From NCBI GenBank assembly GCA_024405635.1, contig JAKSOL010000001.1, positions 182,082 to 246,081 on the forward strand: a DNA stretch of 64,000 nt. The letters run 5' to 3'. The DNA is from Salinivirgaceae bacterium. Its GTDB lineage: Bacteria > Bacteroidota > Bacteroidia > Bacteroidales > SZUA-534. Of this stretch, positions 1 to 8,999 are shown one piece after another. The position numbers and the translations under genes were made by a program. The notes under the pieces are model-generated. The model was not told where the DNA came from, did no database searches, and worked only from the letters and a program-made list of their open reading frames with translations. Numbering within the stretch: the stretch's first letter is position 1; every line of letters starts with the position of its first letter.

Positions 1-172
1 TCACTTGAATGTTAACGTCCTTGTTCAGTTCAGCTTCAAGTGTAGCAAGGTTTTTCGACGTAACATTGGCGTTCGAGTCGAGTTTCGAGCCAGTAGAAGC
101 GTTTTCGGCCTCTATGTAATCGTTTATGAACCTCGCTTTTGAATCAAGCTGTTCTTTTGTTAATCTCATCAT
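1..172 (-). CDS. nrdD: Anaerobic (class III) ribonucleoside-triphosphate reductase, N-terminal part; runs off the window edge
   Basis: Not in the ORF track. Manual translation from ATG at 172 gives MMRLTKEQLDSKARFINDYIEAENASTGSKLDSNANVTSKNLATLEAELNKDVNIQV, resembling the N-terminus of ATP-cone-less NrdD. It starts 3 nt after the nrdG stop. Confidence 0.8.
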   Translation of the reverse strand, partial: MMRLTKEQLDSKARFINDYIEAENASTGSKLDSNANVTSKNLATLEAELNKDVNIQV

Positions 173-175
173 AGC

Positions 176-625
176 TTATGTAGTTTTTAAGAATAAATGG
201 TTCAGTATTGTGTTGCTTTTTACTTCTATAAAACGTTGGTTAGTTGTGGGGCTTTCCAGCCCGCCCAACTCTTTAATAAACGGACCGGTTTTTAGCCACG
301 TAAGGTTTTGTGTTATTTGCTTATCCACTTGTTCAAGCCCAGTGTAAAGGCACGTTTCAAAACCCATTTCGGTTGCTGTTTTTAGTTTGTCGGTCAGTTC
401 GGCTCCGCACCATTCTCCGCCCATAAACAAAACGCAGTTGGCGTAGCCTTTATATTTGTTTAAAATTTCAATGTATTTGTCGTTTGTCAGCAATAGGCCG
501 TTCTCGTCCCACAAAAAGGGCGAATGGCAACCTTGGCATCGAATGGGGCAACCCGATATTGAAAAGCAAATGCTTATTTGACCGGGAACCTCTTGCAATA
601 CAATATCTATGTCTGAACAATACAT
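176..625 (-). CDS. nrdG: Anaerobic ribonucleotide reductase activating protein (radical SAM)
   Basis: CPIRCQGC radical-SAM motif plus LFMGGEW, CLYTG, LKTGPF and TTNQRF. Start trimmed to the ATG at 625 (MYCSDIDIV). Confidence 0.92.
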   Translation of the reverse strand: MYCSDIDIVLQEVPGQISICFSISGCPIRCQGCHSPFLWDENGLLLTNDKYIEILNKYKGYANCVLFMGGEWCGAELTDKLKTATEMGFETCLYTGLEQVDKQITQNLTWLKTGPFIKELGGLESPTTNQRFIEVKSNTILNHLFLKTT

Positions 626-1142
626 CTTTTTTTTTGTTAACTTTTGTTCATTGTTGGCACATAACAAGGGTTTGAATTTTGTTTTCAAACTCTTTTTTGC
701 TTTCAATTTTTAAGGTTGTTGCCAACCGATTGTTTGTTTGGTGTGCCGATTATGAAACCAATCGTCTATCACAAAAATATCAATGTCAAACTGCTATTGA
801 ATTTATAAGCTCTATTGTTATAAACGCATTATTAACAATATGTAAAATGCAGATAATCAGATTGTTGTAAATGCAACAACTTTTTTTTAACAAAGCGCAA
901 AATCCTATTTTTCAGAGTGTTTAACCACTATGAATTTAGGTTATTAACAAAGTGTGTTTTGTGAATAAAAGTTCACTTTTTGAACTTTTTTTCTGTTCAA
1001 AATTGAATTTTAGAAATAACGCAACGTCAATTTTTTTAATTGACTGAAAAATGTTGAATTGAAAAAGTGAGTTTCAATTTGAAAGAAAGAAGTGCTGCCT
1101 TTTTTTTGTTGAAACGTAAAAACAGAAGGTTCTTTTTGGAGC

Positions 1143-1174
1143 AAAAAAAAGCTGCACCCAAAATTGAGTGCAGC
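1143..1174 (-). terminator. Intrinsic terminator after the DUF975 gene
   Basis: GCTGCAC-n10-GTGCAGC hairpin followed by a T8 run on the minus strand. Confidence 0.7.
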
Positions 1175-1202
1175 CTTGTGTATTAAGTTGAATAATAGTG
1201 TA

Positions 1203-1781
1203 TTACCCTTTAATTTTGTTGTAAAAATCAGCGCGAGCAGTGCACTCGTAAGGAATAAGCCACAAAAAGCCGATGCCACATGAAAGTAGGCACAAGATGA
1301 TCCAACCAATGAAACTCAAATCGAGTAGGAACAAGTCCATTTTGTGACCTCGCATCATTTCAATACTCTTGTCGATGCACTCGTTTGCTGACAACTCTGG
1401 GCAATCGTTAGCAATGTAATATGTCATTGCGTATGCGTAACTTTTAATAATGCCAGGAATGAAAAGCAATAAGCACCAAAGAGCAGTGAAAAGTCCTATT
1501 AGCAATGAAACGCCTAACGAACGACCATAGTTACCAAATGCAATGTTGAATGTACGAGATACTGTGTCGTTTGCTGTTTTGTCTTTTGTCATTTGGTATA
1601 ATGCTACGTACAAACCAAATTGAACAGGTACTACTACCAAAAGAGTTACAATTGGTTGTAGTGGGCCTAAAATACTAGAACAAAGGCTGATAGCAGTAAT
1701 TACTAATGTTGCTAAAACTGGTTGAGTCCAGTTGCCTTCCAATGTTGCAAGGGCGCTGTTTTTAATCTCTTGATTAGTCAT
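1203..1781 (-). CDS. DUF975 family integral membrane protein
   Basis: Motifs ALxGNW, LLFIPGIIKSYAYAM, SIEMMRGHKMDLFLLDLSFIGW and LWLIPY; multiple TM segments. Confidence 0.88.
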   Translation of the reverse strand: MTNQEIKNSALATLEGNWTQPVLATLVITAISLCSSILGPLQPIVTLLVVVPVQFGLYVALYQMTKDKTANDTVSRTFNIAFGNYGRSLGVSLLIGLFTALWCLLLFIPGIIKSYAYAMTYYIANDCPELSANECIDKSIEMMRGHKMDLFLLDLSFIGWIILCLLSCGIGFLWLIPYECTARADFYNKIKG

Positions 1782-1907
1782 GATAAATTGATTTTTTAGT
1801 GTTATTTTAATTAATGTGTAAATATAGACGGTTAAAATAACGAAAGGTTACAGTTTTTGTGATTTTTTTTTTGAGAGAGTAAATAGCTACTGATATTATT
1901 TAAGAAA

Positions 1908-1915
1908 TACTTTTG
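1908..1915 (+). promoter_or_regulatory. Bacteroidota -7 promoter element for folC
   Basis: TACTTTTG matches TAnnTTTG, 18 nt before the folC ATG. Confidence 0.55.
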
Positions 1916-1933
1916 CTCATCATTTTCAAAACA

Positions 1934-3235
1934 ATGGACTACAATCAGACAATAGAATTTCTTTTTTCGCAATTAAAAGAATTTCAAGTGGTTGGAGCAT
2001 CGGCATATAAGTCGGGGCTCGAAAATTCAATTGACCTTGACAACTATTTTGGGCATCAGCACCGTTTGTTTAAAACCATACACGTGGCAGGTACAAACGG
2101 CAAAGGGTCAACATCGCACTCAATAGCGTCGGTGTTGCAGCATGCTGGCTATAAAGTAGGGCTTTACACATCGCCACACTTGCGCGATTTTCGCGAGCGC
2201 ATTAGGGTTAACGGAAAAATGGTTGACAAGCAATTTGTGGTCGATTTTGTGGCTAATCACCAAAGTATTATCCAGCAAATTCGTCCTTCGTTTTTTGAGA
2301 TGACTGTGTTCATGGCATTCAACTTTTTTGCTCAGCAAAAGGTTGATGTTGCTGTGATTGAGGTTGGTTTGGGTGGCCGACTCGACTCTACAAATGTTAT
2401 AACTCCAGTGCTGTCGGTTATTACCAACATTGCGTTTGACCATGTGCAGATTTTGGGCGACACTTTGCCTAAAATTGCTGCCGAAAAGGCTGGCATTATT
2501 AAGCCTGGAGTGCCTGTTGTGGTGAGCCAAACTCAAGCCGAAACGGCCGAAGTTTTTAAATCAAAAGCTGCCGAATGTGGTTCGCCAATTGTTTTTGCTG
2601 ACCAAATTTGGAGTGTGCAAAATGCCGTGCATCAGCAAAATAGGTTAGTACTGTCGGTGGGTAAAAATGAAAAGATTGAGTATGCCGATTTGCAACTTGA
2701 CCTTTGTGGCAATTATCAGAAAAAAAACATATTGGGAGTGCTTGCGGCCGTTGAGCAGATGCGCAGCCAATTTGTAATATCGGATAAAGCGGTGGAGCAA
2801 GGCTTGTTGTCGGTTGCAAAAACAACAGGATTGTGTGGCCGTTGGCAAACGCTGCAAACAAACCCAACAATGGTGTGCGATACTGGTCACAACGAGGACG
2901 GAATTCGACAAGTGGTGGCTCAATTGGCTGAGCAGCAATACACTACGTTGCGCATAGTGTTTGGCGTGGTGAGCGACAAAGATCATAGCCATGTGCTTAG
3001 TTTGTTGCCCAAAGAAGCTGTATATTATTTTACTCGCGCCAACATTCCTCGCGCATTGCCTCAAGACGAACTAGCGCAAAAGGCTGCAACGTTTGGTTTA
3101 CAAGGCAGCACGTATCAAACAGTAGCCGATGCCGTGGCTGCTGCGGTTGCCGATTCTCAACCTTCTGATTTTATTTATGTTGGAGGTAGCACATTTGTGG
3201 TTGCCGATATTCCCGATACTTATTTTGAACTATAA
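1934..3235 (+). CDS. folC: Folylpolyglutamate synthase / dihydrofolate synthase
   Basis: HVAGTNGKGS, YTSPHL, RERIR, EVGLGGRLDSTNV, EKAGIIK, GRWQ and DTGHN. Start at ATG 1934. Confidence 0.96.
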   Translation: MDYNQTIEFLFSQLKEFQVVGASAYKSGLENSIDLDNYFGHQHRLFKTIHVAGTNGKGSTSHSIASVLQHAGYKVGLYTSPHLRDFRERIRVNGKMVDKQFVVDFVANHQSIIQQIRPSFFEMTVFMAFNFFAQQKVDVAVIEVGLGGRLDSTNVITPVLSVITNIAFDHVQILGDTLPKIAAEKAGIIKPGVPVVVSQTQAETAEVFKSKAAECGSPIVFADQIWSVQNAVHQQNRLVLSVGKNEKIEYADLQLDLCGNYQKKNILGVLAAVEQMRSQFVISDKAVEQGLLSVAKTTGLCGRWQTLQTNPTMVCDTGHNEDGIRQVVAQLAEQQYTTLRIVFGVVSDKDHSHVLSLLPKEAVYYFTRANIPRALPQDELAQKAATFGLQGSTYQTVADAVAAAVADSQPSDFIYVGGSTFVVADIPDTYFEL

Positions 3236-3238
3236 ACT

Positions 3239-3269
3239 AAAACAGCCCGACATTTTGCCGGGCTGTTTT
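3239..3269. terminator. Bidirectional intrinsic terminator between convergent genes
   Basis: AAAACAGCCCG...CGGGCTGTTTT inverted repeat. Confidence 0.8.
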
Positions 3270-3296
3270 GTTGTTTGAGTTTTCTCTTAAACCGAA

Positions 3297-5873
3297 CTAC
3301 ATAAGGTTTCGAGCATTAATGTTTCGTTTAAGGTGGTTGTTGTCGTAGTCGAGGGTAATGTTGCCTGTGGTTTTGTACAATTTAATTGAGTTGAGCGTTG
3401 AAAATGCGTTTTCGTTTTTCAGTTTTCCGCCCGACATAATGTCAATTTGAACATTACCGCTACCAAACACAGTAACTTTAATTTTGGCATTGTTGCTTAT
3501 GGTAATGTCGCCAATTTCAATATCAGTTCCGCTGTATGTTCTAATAGCAGCAATACGGTTGTCGTTGCAAAGGAACTCGGCATTGCTAAGGTTTTTGAAA
3601 GTTTCTTGACCGGTGGTGCAATTAGAATTTACTAATGTTTCAAAGGCCGATTTGCCGCTTAACGAACCTTGGGTGTTGTGAATTTGGTTGGCCAATTTAA
3701 GAGCAGGCAAAATTTCGGGCGCAGTGTAATCGTCGCTTGCACGGTTTGCGGCAAAAGCGCTACGTTGAGCTTCATAGCTTTTTGTTTCGATGCGCAATCC
3801 TGCCGAGGCGAGCAACGATGCTGATAGGAATGCGGTTCCGTTTTCGTCAACCATAATGCCGTAGTTGTCGTTGTCTTCGGTTTCGGTGTAAGATCGAGTC
3901 CAAAGTTTTTTGCCGCGATTGTCAAAACTTGCCACAAAAGCGCTACCCATGCTATCAATTTGAGCAATGTCGGCTTTGTTTATCCATTGAATTTGACCAA
4001 CAGTTGAGCATTTGGCAAGAAAAATGTCGCCCTTGGCTCCGGCTTTAAGAACTTTTCCGTTTACTGCAATATCGCTGTTGAAAGCTCCAGAGAAATAGAA
4101 ACTGTCGTCGGTGCCCATTACAATATTGTAGGCAATGTCGTCGCCGTTACCACCAACTTTAAGCACAAATTCAATGTTAAAGTCAGCGCCAAATTTTGCA
4201 ATAAAGACATCGCTGCTGTTTTGGTTCGATTTAAGTTTCCAACCAAAAAAGTTTACGTCGCCGTTAAAATAGCCGCAAATGTATGCGTTGCCTTTTTTGT
4301 CGAAGGTAATGTTGTTGTTGTTTGAACCTTGGTACAAACCATATTTGTTTGCAATGCGCCATAGGGTTTCGCTGCGTTTTGCAAGGCATTGGCGCGATTG
4401 TGTTTTAACCACAACGGCGCTCACGTTGGCATACTCGGGCATTGCGCAACCTACAGGAGCGTTAATGTAAGTTGGGTCGCATATTGTGTATTGTTCGCCG
4501 TTTATTAATATGTGATCGCCTGGCACTTGTTTGCTGAATTTTACAGCAGTTGCCATGTGTCCGGGGTAGTTAAGTCCCACAGTTTCAAGCCCAAGTAGTT
4601 GTTTTACCAAGTACGAGAATAGTACCGAGCGGTCTTCGCAGTCTGAATAGTCGTAGTGAAAAAGTTCGTCGGCGAAGAAGAATTTTTCGTAACCAAATTG
4701 GTCGTCGTCGGTTTTGTATTTAAACGCGGTTTGAACAAAGTGAAGTAGCAAGTTTGCAGCATCAACTTCGTCAAGATCTTTAATTGCCGAATGCAAAGCG
4801 TTGTAAAGCGATATTTGTGTGCAAGGGCTTATGGCGGCATCAAAGTAAACCTCAATGTTGCCTAATGGATATTGTTTGTAAAAGTCTATTAGGTTTTGGT
4901 TGTACTTTACATCAAACTCCATTTTTTCACCATCGTACTCAAAACTTACTTTTTTCGAAACCTCTTTTTCGCTTATGTTCATTGCTTTGTAAATGTTGAG
5001 GTCGAACAAAGTGTGAGCTTCGGTAAAATCTTTGTCGTAGGTATAAAGTTCGCTATCGTTACTATCAAATAGGTAGTAGCGAGTGTTGTTAAAGGTAAAG
5101 AATGGTTTCCCGTAAATGTTGTTTTTTGATGCCAACAAAAGGTGTAGCGCTTCGTCTTTATAAGCCACACGACAACGGTAGCCCGATTTGGTTAGCAAGA
5201 ACCAAGTGAGCAATGTGCTGTTGTTTATTGATGCTGAAATTTGCTCGGCAGTGGCTTTGGTGAGCAAGTAATAGCCCCAGTCGTTAAGGTTTAGCTCGTT
5301 GCGAAGAGTGGTTAGTTGTTCAATTGTTGCTTGGTAATTGGTTCCACAAAGGCGAGTCCACTCGTTGCCAATGTTTTGTTCGTTAATTTTTGAAACTTTT
5401 GGCTCAATTTGTGAATCGAAGAACACACTAATGTTTGTGCCAAAAAACGACAATTCGGCTTGCTTGTTGGCGGCGGTATTGTTGGTTCGGCTGCTAGGGA
5501 TAAGATGCGGCATTGAACCACTTGATTCAATGGTTCTAACCTCGCGAATTTGCAGTTTTTGGGGTTCTTTTTTTTCGGTGTAGGTTGGAGTTTCCTTAGG
5601 TTTAGGTTTGCTGGGATTGTAACTCTCAACAAACGATTGGTAGCTTTTCCATTCGTCTTTCAAGAATTCGGCAAATTCATTTTCGGTTTGAGAAACAAAG
5701 GCATTGTATTCGGCTTGCATTTGTTTAACCGATGTGTTGTGTTGTTGTGTGAATTGTTTTTGTTGGGCTTTTTCTTGTTTTATCCACTCGTCAAAGTCTT
5801 GCGCGTGGCTGTTGCAAATGTTTGCTGCCAACATAACACCCAATGCTATTGTGTTTTTACAAATTCTATTCAT
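3297..5873 (-). CDS. Secreted protein with a transglutaminase-like (Cys-His-Asp) domain and C-terminal beta-propeller-like repeats
   Basis: Signal peptide (MNRICK...SHA-QD) and N-terminal coiled coil. YSDCEDRS...YPGHMATAV...CDPTY triad. Later repeats of the type DxxGNAYICGYF...DVFIAKF and DDSFYFSGAF...DIFLAKC. Confidence 0.65.
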   Translation of the reverse strand: MNRICKNTIALGVMLAANICNSHAQDFDEWIKQEKAQQKQFTQQHNTSVKQMQAEYNAFVSQTENEFAEFLKDEWKSYQSFVESYNPSKPKPKETPTYTEKKEPQKLQIREVRTIESSGSMPHLIPSSRTNNTAANKQAELSFFGTNISVFFDSQIEPKVSKINEQNIGNEWTRLCGTNYQATIEQLTTLRNELNLNDWGYYLLTKATAEQISASINNSTLLTWFLLTKSGYRCRVAYKDEALHLLLASKNNIYGKPFFTFNNTRYYLFDSNDSELYTYDKDFTEAHTLFDLNIYKAMNISEKEVSKKVSFEYDGEKMEFDVKYNQNLIDFYKQYPLGNIEVYFDAAISPCTQISLYNALHSAIKDLDEVDAANLLLHFVQTAFKYKTDDDQFGYEKFFFADELFHYDYSDCEDRSVLFSYLVKQLLGLETVGLNYPGHMATAVKFSKQVPGDHILINGEQYTICDPTYINAPVGCAMPEYANVSAVVVKTQSRQCLAKRSETLWRIANKYGLYQGSNNNNITFDKKGNAYICGYFNGDVNFFGWKLKSNQNSSDVFIAKFGADFNIEFVLKVGGNGDDIAYNIVMGTDDSFYFSGAFNSDIAVNGKVLKAGAKGDIFLAKCSTVGQIQWINKADIAQIDSMGSAFVASFDNRGKKLWTRSYTETEDNDNYGIMVDENGTAFLSASLLASAGLRIETKSYEAQRSAFAANRASDDYTAPEILPALKLANQIHNTQGSLSGKSAFETLVNSNCTTGQETFKNLSNAEFLCNDNRIAAIRTYSGTDIEIGDITISNNAKIKVTVFGSGNVQIDIMSGGKLKNENAFSTLNSIKLYKTTGNITLDYDNNHLKRNINARNLM

Positions 5874-5964
5874 TTCGATATAAGTCAAAATTTATGATTG
5901 ATTCAACATTAGCATAGACTGCTTTTTTATGCGTTTGGTTGCGCTTGGGTATAAATTTTTGTCT

Positions 5965-6006
5965 AAAAAAAAGATAAAGCTACTCAAGTGGGGGACTTAA
6001 GTAGCT
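5965..6006 (-). terminator. Intrinsic terminator after the DUF4494 gene
   Basis: AGCTACTCAAGT-loop-ACTTAAGTAGCT hairpin with a downstream T run on the minus strand. Confidence 0.55.
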
Positions 6007-6034
6007 AATTATCAGTATAGTTTTTTTTGTTTGA

Positions 6035-6499
6035 TTATTGGTTGTCGCTTGGTTGTTCGGCATCAAAGTTGTGCAAAATGCCAAAAATGTCAAGTATAGG
6101 CGATTCTTGTACTGAAGGTATTTCAAAGTCGCTTATGGTGCCTTCAAAAGCTTTTTCAAGGTTTTCGTAAGCCTCTTTTACGTTGCTAGCTTGTACAAGC
6201 ATGGTTGAGGCAGAACGGCGTTCAACGCCTTTTTCCTCGTCGAGCGAAACAAACACAGCTTTGCATTTGAACCAACGGTCGCCGCTCTCGTTAGGAATTA
6301 TTTCGGCGTAACGCGCAGTTTTGATGCTCACTACACTAAACTCACCAAGCGAAGCATAACTCTCCAATTCTTTGGTAATGTTGGCTTCGGCTTCGGTGAA
6401 CGACAGTGCATCTACCAAGTATTGTTCTGATGTTGTTTTTTGTGTGCCATCGGCGTTCACTTTCAAGTATTTAACCTTGCATTCGTACCATTTGCTCAT
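6035..6499 (-). CDS. DUF4494 domain protein (conserved in Bacteroidota)
   Basis: MSKWYECKVKY...EQYLVDALSFTEAE...DRWFKCK...LVQA. Confidence 0.9.
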   Translation of the reverse strand: MSKWYECKVKYLKVNADGTQKTTSEQYLVDALSFTEAEANITKELESYASLGEFSVVSIKTARYAEIIPNESGDRWFKCKAVFVSLDEEKGVERRSASTMLVQASNVKEAYENLEKAFEGTISDFEIPSVQESPILDIFGILHNFDAEQPSDNQ

Positions 6500-6650
6500 A
6501 ATAAGTATGTGTTTAAAATTTAATGCTACTAAGATACGCTGATTATTAAATTGTGTCGAAAAATGGCTTGCATTGGCTGTGAATAGTTTTCAACATTGTG
6601 AAGTAGGAGAGGGCTACTTTGCAGTAAATCGTAATTTAATAGCTAAAAAT

Positions 6651-6669
6651 AGCGTGACAAAGCGTGACA
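6651..6669 (+). promoter_or_regulatory. Tandem direct repeat AGCGTGACA x2, candidate operator
   Basis: agcgtgacaa-agcgtgacat with a 10-bp period, upstream of TACTTTTG (6729-6736) and the 6763 gene. Confidence 0.4.
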
Positions 6670-6762
6670 TTTTACCTAAAAAACAGAATGTTCACATTAT
6701 ATCCTTGTCTTTATTATTCTTACAAACGTACTTTTGCATCGTCACCAAAAAAACGTTGAGTT

Positions 6763-7623
6763 ATGAAAAACAAAACTGTACTTATAACAAATGTTGCTAC
6801 AGGCTTATGTCTTGCTGCTACGCTTATTTTAATCATTTGGAAATATCCAACACTTCCTACATCTATTCCAACTCATTTTAGTTTAGATGGAGTGCCAAAC
6901 GGATTCAGTAGCCGTAACATTGTTTTTGTGTTTTGGGGAGTCAGCATGTTTTTCTATTTGTTGATGCTTTTTGTACAAAAAAAGCCCAAACTGATAAATT
7001 TAAGTCATCCTACCGACAAAAATGGCAACCCTTTAATGCTAACCGAAAGCCAAAGACAACGTTTTGTGCTTTTGAACATTGTAGTTGTTACATTGGCCAT
7101 TAGCATTTCAGTTATTTTGCTTTGCTACCTAACACTTGCATTTAGCCAAATATACACTGCCAAACCGATTATTGCAGGACTATTGGTATTTGCTGACGTT
7201 TGTGTAATTATTGTTGGATGCTATAAAACCGCAAAATTCAAATGCGGCGAGGACGACTACATTAAACAAAAACTTGAATTGAGCCATTCGTTGTTTCTTG
7301 AGAAAGTTGACAACGAAATACTTGAGCAACTACGCGTATTAAATGGTTTGGAGTACTTATCGGAGAGCAAGCGATTGCGCATTATAAACGATGTGAGAAG
7401 CACGCACAGCGAAGTGGTAGATTACCTACGAAAAGCAGCCCCGTCAATAAGCGACGACGACATTACATATTGCCTATTGTGCAATGTTGGACTAAACAAT
7501 AATAGCATATCGGCATGCATGGCATCTTCGGAAGAAGCGCTCAGAAAACGCAAGAGCCGCATACGGAAAAAGCTACCAGAATCGTTGGCAATGTGCCTAT
7601 TTGACGATTGTAAAGGCATATAA
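6763..7623 (+). CDS. DUF1648 (SdpI-like) membrane domain fused to a C-terminal LuxR-like HTH region
   Basis: YPTLPTSIPTHFSLDGVPNGF (DUF1648 signature) and about 4 TM segments. C-terminal YCLLCNVGL..ISACMASSEEALRKRKSRIRKKL resembles Bacteroidota LuxR-like HTH tails. Confidence 0.65.
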   Translation: MKNKTVLITNVATGLCLAATLILIIWKYPTLPTSIPTHFSLDGVPNGFSSRNIVFVFWGVSMFFYLLMLFVQKKPKLINLSHPTDKNGNPLMLTESQRQRFVLLNIVVVTLAISISVILLCYLTLAFSQIYTAKPIIAGLLVFADVCVIIVGCYKTAKFKCGEDDYIKQKLELSHSLFLEKVDNEILEQLRVLNGLEYLSESKRLRIINDVRSTHSEVVDYLRKAAPSISDDDITYCLLCNVGLNNNSISACMASSEEALRKRKSRIRKKLPESLAMCLFDDCKGI

Positions 7624-7680
7624 AAAAGGCGGGGAGGAGGCCTTTTGTTTCGAACTTAAGAGAGTGGTTATGTTGTTAAT

Positions 7681-8742
7681 TTAAATATTGTTGTTGACAA
7701 TAGATTCAATAAGCTCGTCCCACTGCGAGAAAATGGTGTTGCGGTCAAATCGGTGGCTTTCTTTTACTGCTCCTGACGAAAGTTTCTCCCTTAATTCGTA
7801 GTCATTTATCAGTAAGTTCATTTTTTCAGAAAGGTCAGCCACATTGCCATCTTCAACAAGAATACCGCTAACACCATCGGTTATAATCTCTTTTGGGCCT
7901 GTGTAGCAGTTAAAGGCAATGCATGCGCATCCTTGACTCATAGCTTCAAGTAAACTATTTGGGAACCCTTCGTATCTCGACGAAAGTACATAGATGCTTT
8001 TCTGTTTAAGAACAGATGCAACATCAGTGGATGAACCAAGAAATTCAACACGTTTAGCAATGCCGAGTTTTTCAATTTGACTTTTGATAGGCGATTTGCA
8101 AATTCGTCCTAAAATTTCAAGTTTCCAATCGGGATGATGGCTTTCTATTTTTGCCCAAGCATTTATTAAAAGATCAAACCCTTTTTGGTGCCATTTATGT
8201 TGTGACCCTATTGCAATAATAGTTTTGCTCCTTTGTTTATAATCGTTAAATGAATCAAAGTTTTTGGGGTTATATATATATGTCTTGTTTTTGATTTTTG
8301 ATTTACTGCATTCTTCTTGCGATACATAAACAACCTTGTCGGCAAATGGGTACAGCAATTTTCTGCAAATCACCTTCTTAAACGTTTTGTTGTGTTGTGT
8401 TGAATTGCGTTCAGATACTATAATTTTCTTTCTTGTTAAAAGGTTGGTAATGATGGTGTCGCCATTCATTTCTACAAGGAACGACAATATTATGTCAGGA
8501 TTTACCTCTTTTATTGTCCTATATATGTTCCTGTATTTTAGTATTCTATGCGCGCCTTTTATTTTACATTTTACAATGTTATCTATAACCTTTACTCTTG
8601 AGTCAATGGGGTAGGATTCGTCTTTTTGCGTCAATATAGCAACGTATGTATCATGCTTTTCGCAGAAATGGTTAAGAAGAATTGATGCAACACGTTCTGC
8701 TCCTCCGCCACCTAGACTATGTATGAAAAATAGAATCTTCAT
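7681..8742 (-). CDS. Glycosyltransferase family 4 (AmsD/PglJ-like)
   Basis: GGGAERV, QKGFDLLI and SSRYEGFPNSLLEAM (EX7E). Confidence 0.9.
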   Translation of the reverse strand: MKILFFIHSLGGGGAERVASILLNHFCEKHDTYVAILTQKDESYPIDSRVKVIDNIVKCKIKGAHRILKYRNIYRTIKEVNPDIILSFLVEMNGDTIITNLLTRKKIIVSERNSTQHNKTFKKVICRKLLYPFADKVVYVSQEECSKSKIKNKTYIYNPKNFDSFNDYKQRSKTIIAIGSQHKWHQKGFDLLINAWAKIESHHPDWKLEILGRICKSPIKSQIEKLGIAKRVEFLGSSTDVASVLKQKSIYVLSSRYEGFPNSLLEAMSQGCACIAFNCYTGPKEIITDGVSGILVEDGNVADLSEKMNLLINDYELREKLSSGAVKESHRFDRNTIFSQWDELIESIVNNNI

Positions 8743-8999
8743 TTCCTACGTTTCTTTTTCCGCAAAACAAACAATAAATCTAATGTTCACGCAAAAAAAA
8801 CTGCACATGTGTCCGTTTGTGGGCAATGGTTATTTATGCTTTGTTGTAAATTTCTCATAAACACACTTGTTTCTTGAAAATATGCTTTTATCAAAAAAAA
8901 GCAGATTTCTATTTGTTATAGATTTATATTCACATTATGAAATGTGAGCAATTATTTTCGCATAAAACAAAGTAGAAGAAACAATAAAAATACAACATT

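Noticed and set aside
626-1140. Cobalamin riboswitch or NrdR boxes upstream of nrdG
   Set aside because: No B12-box or convincing NrdR palindrome could be recognised by eye.
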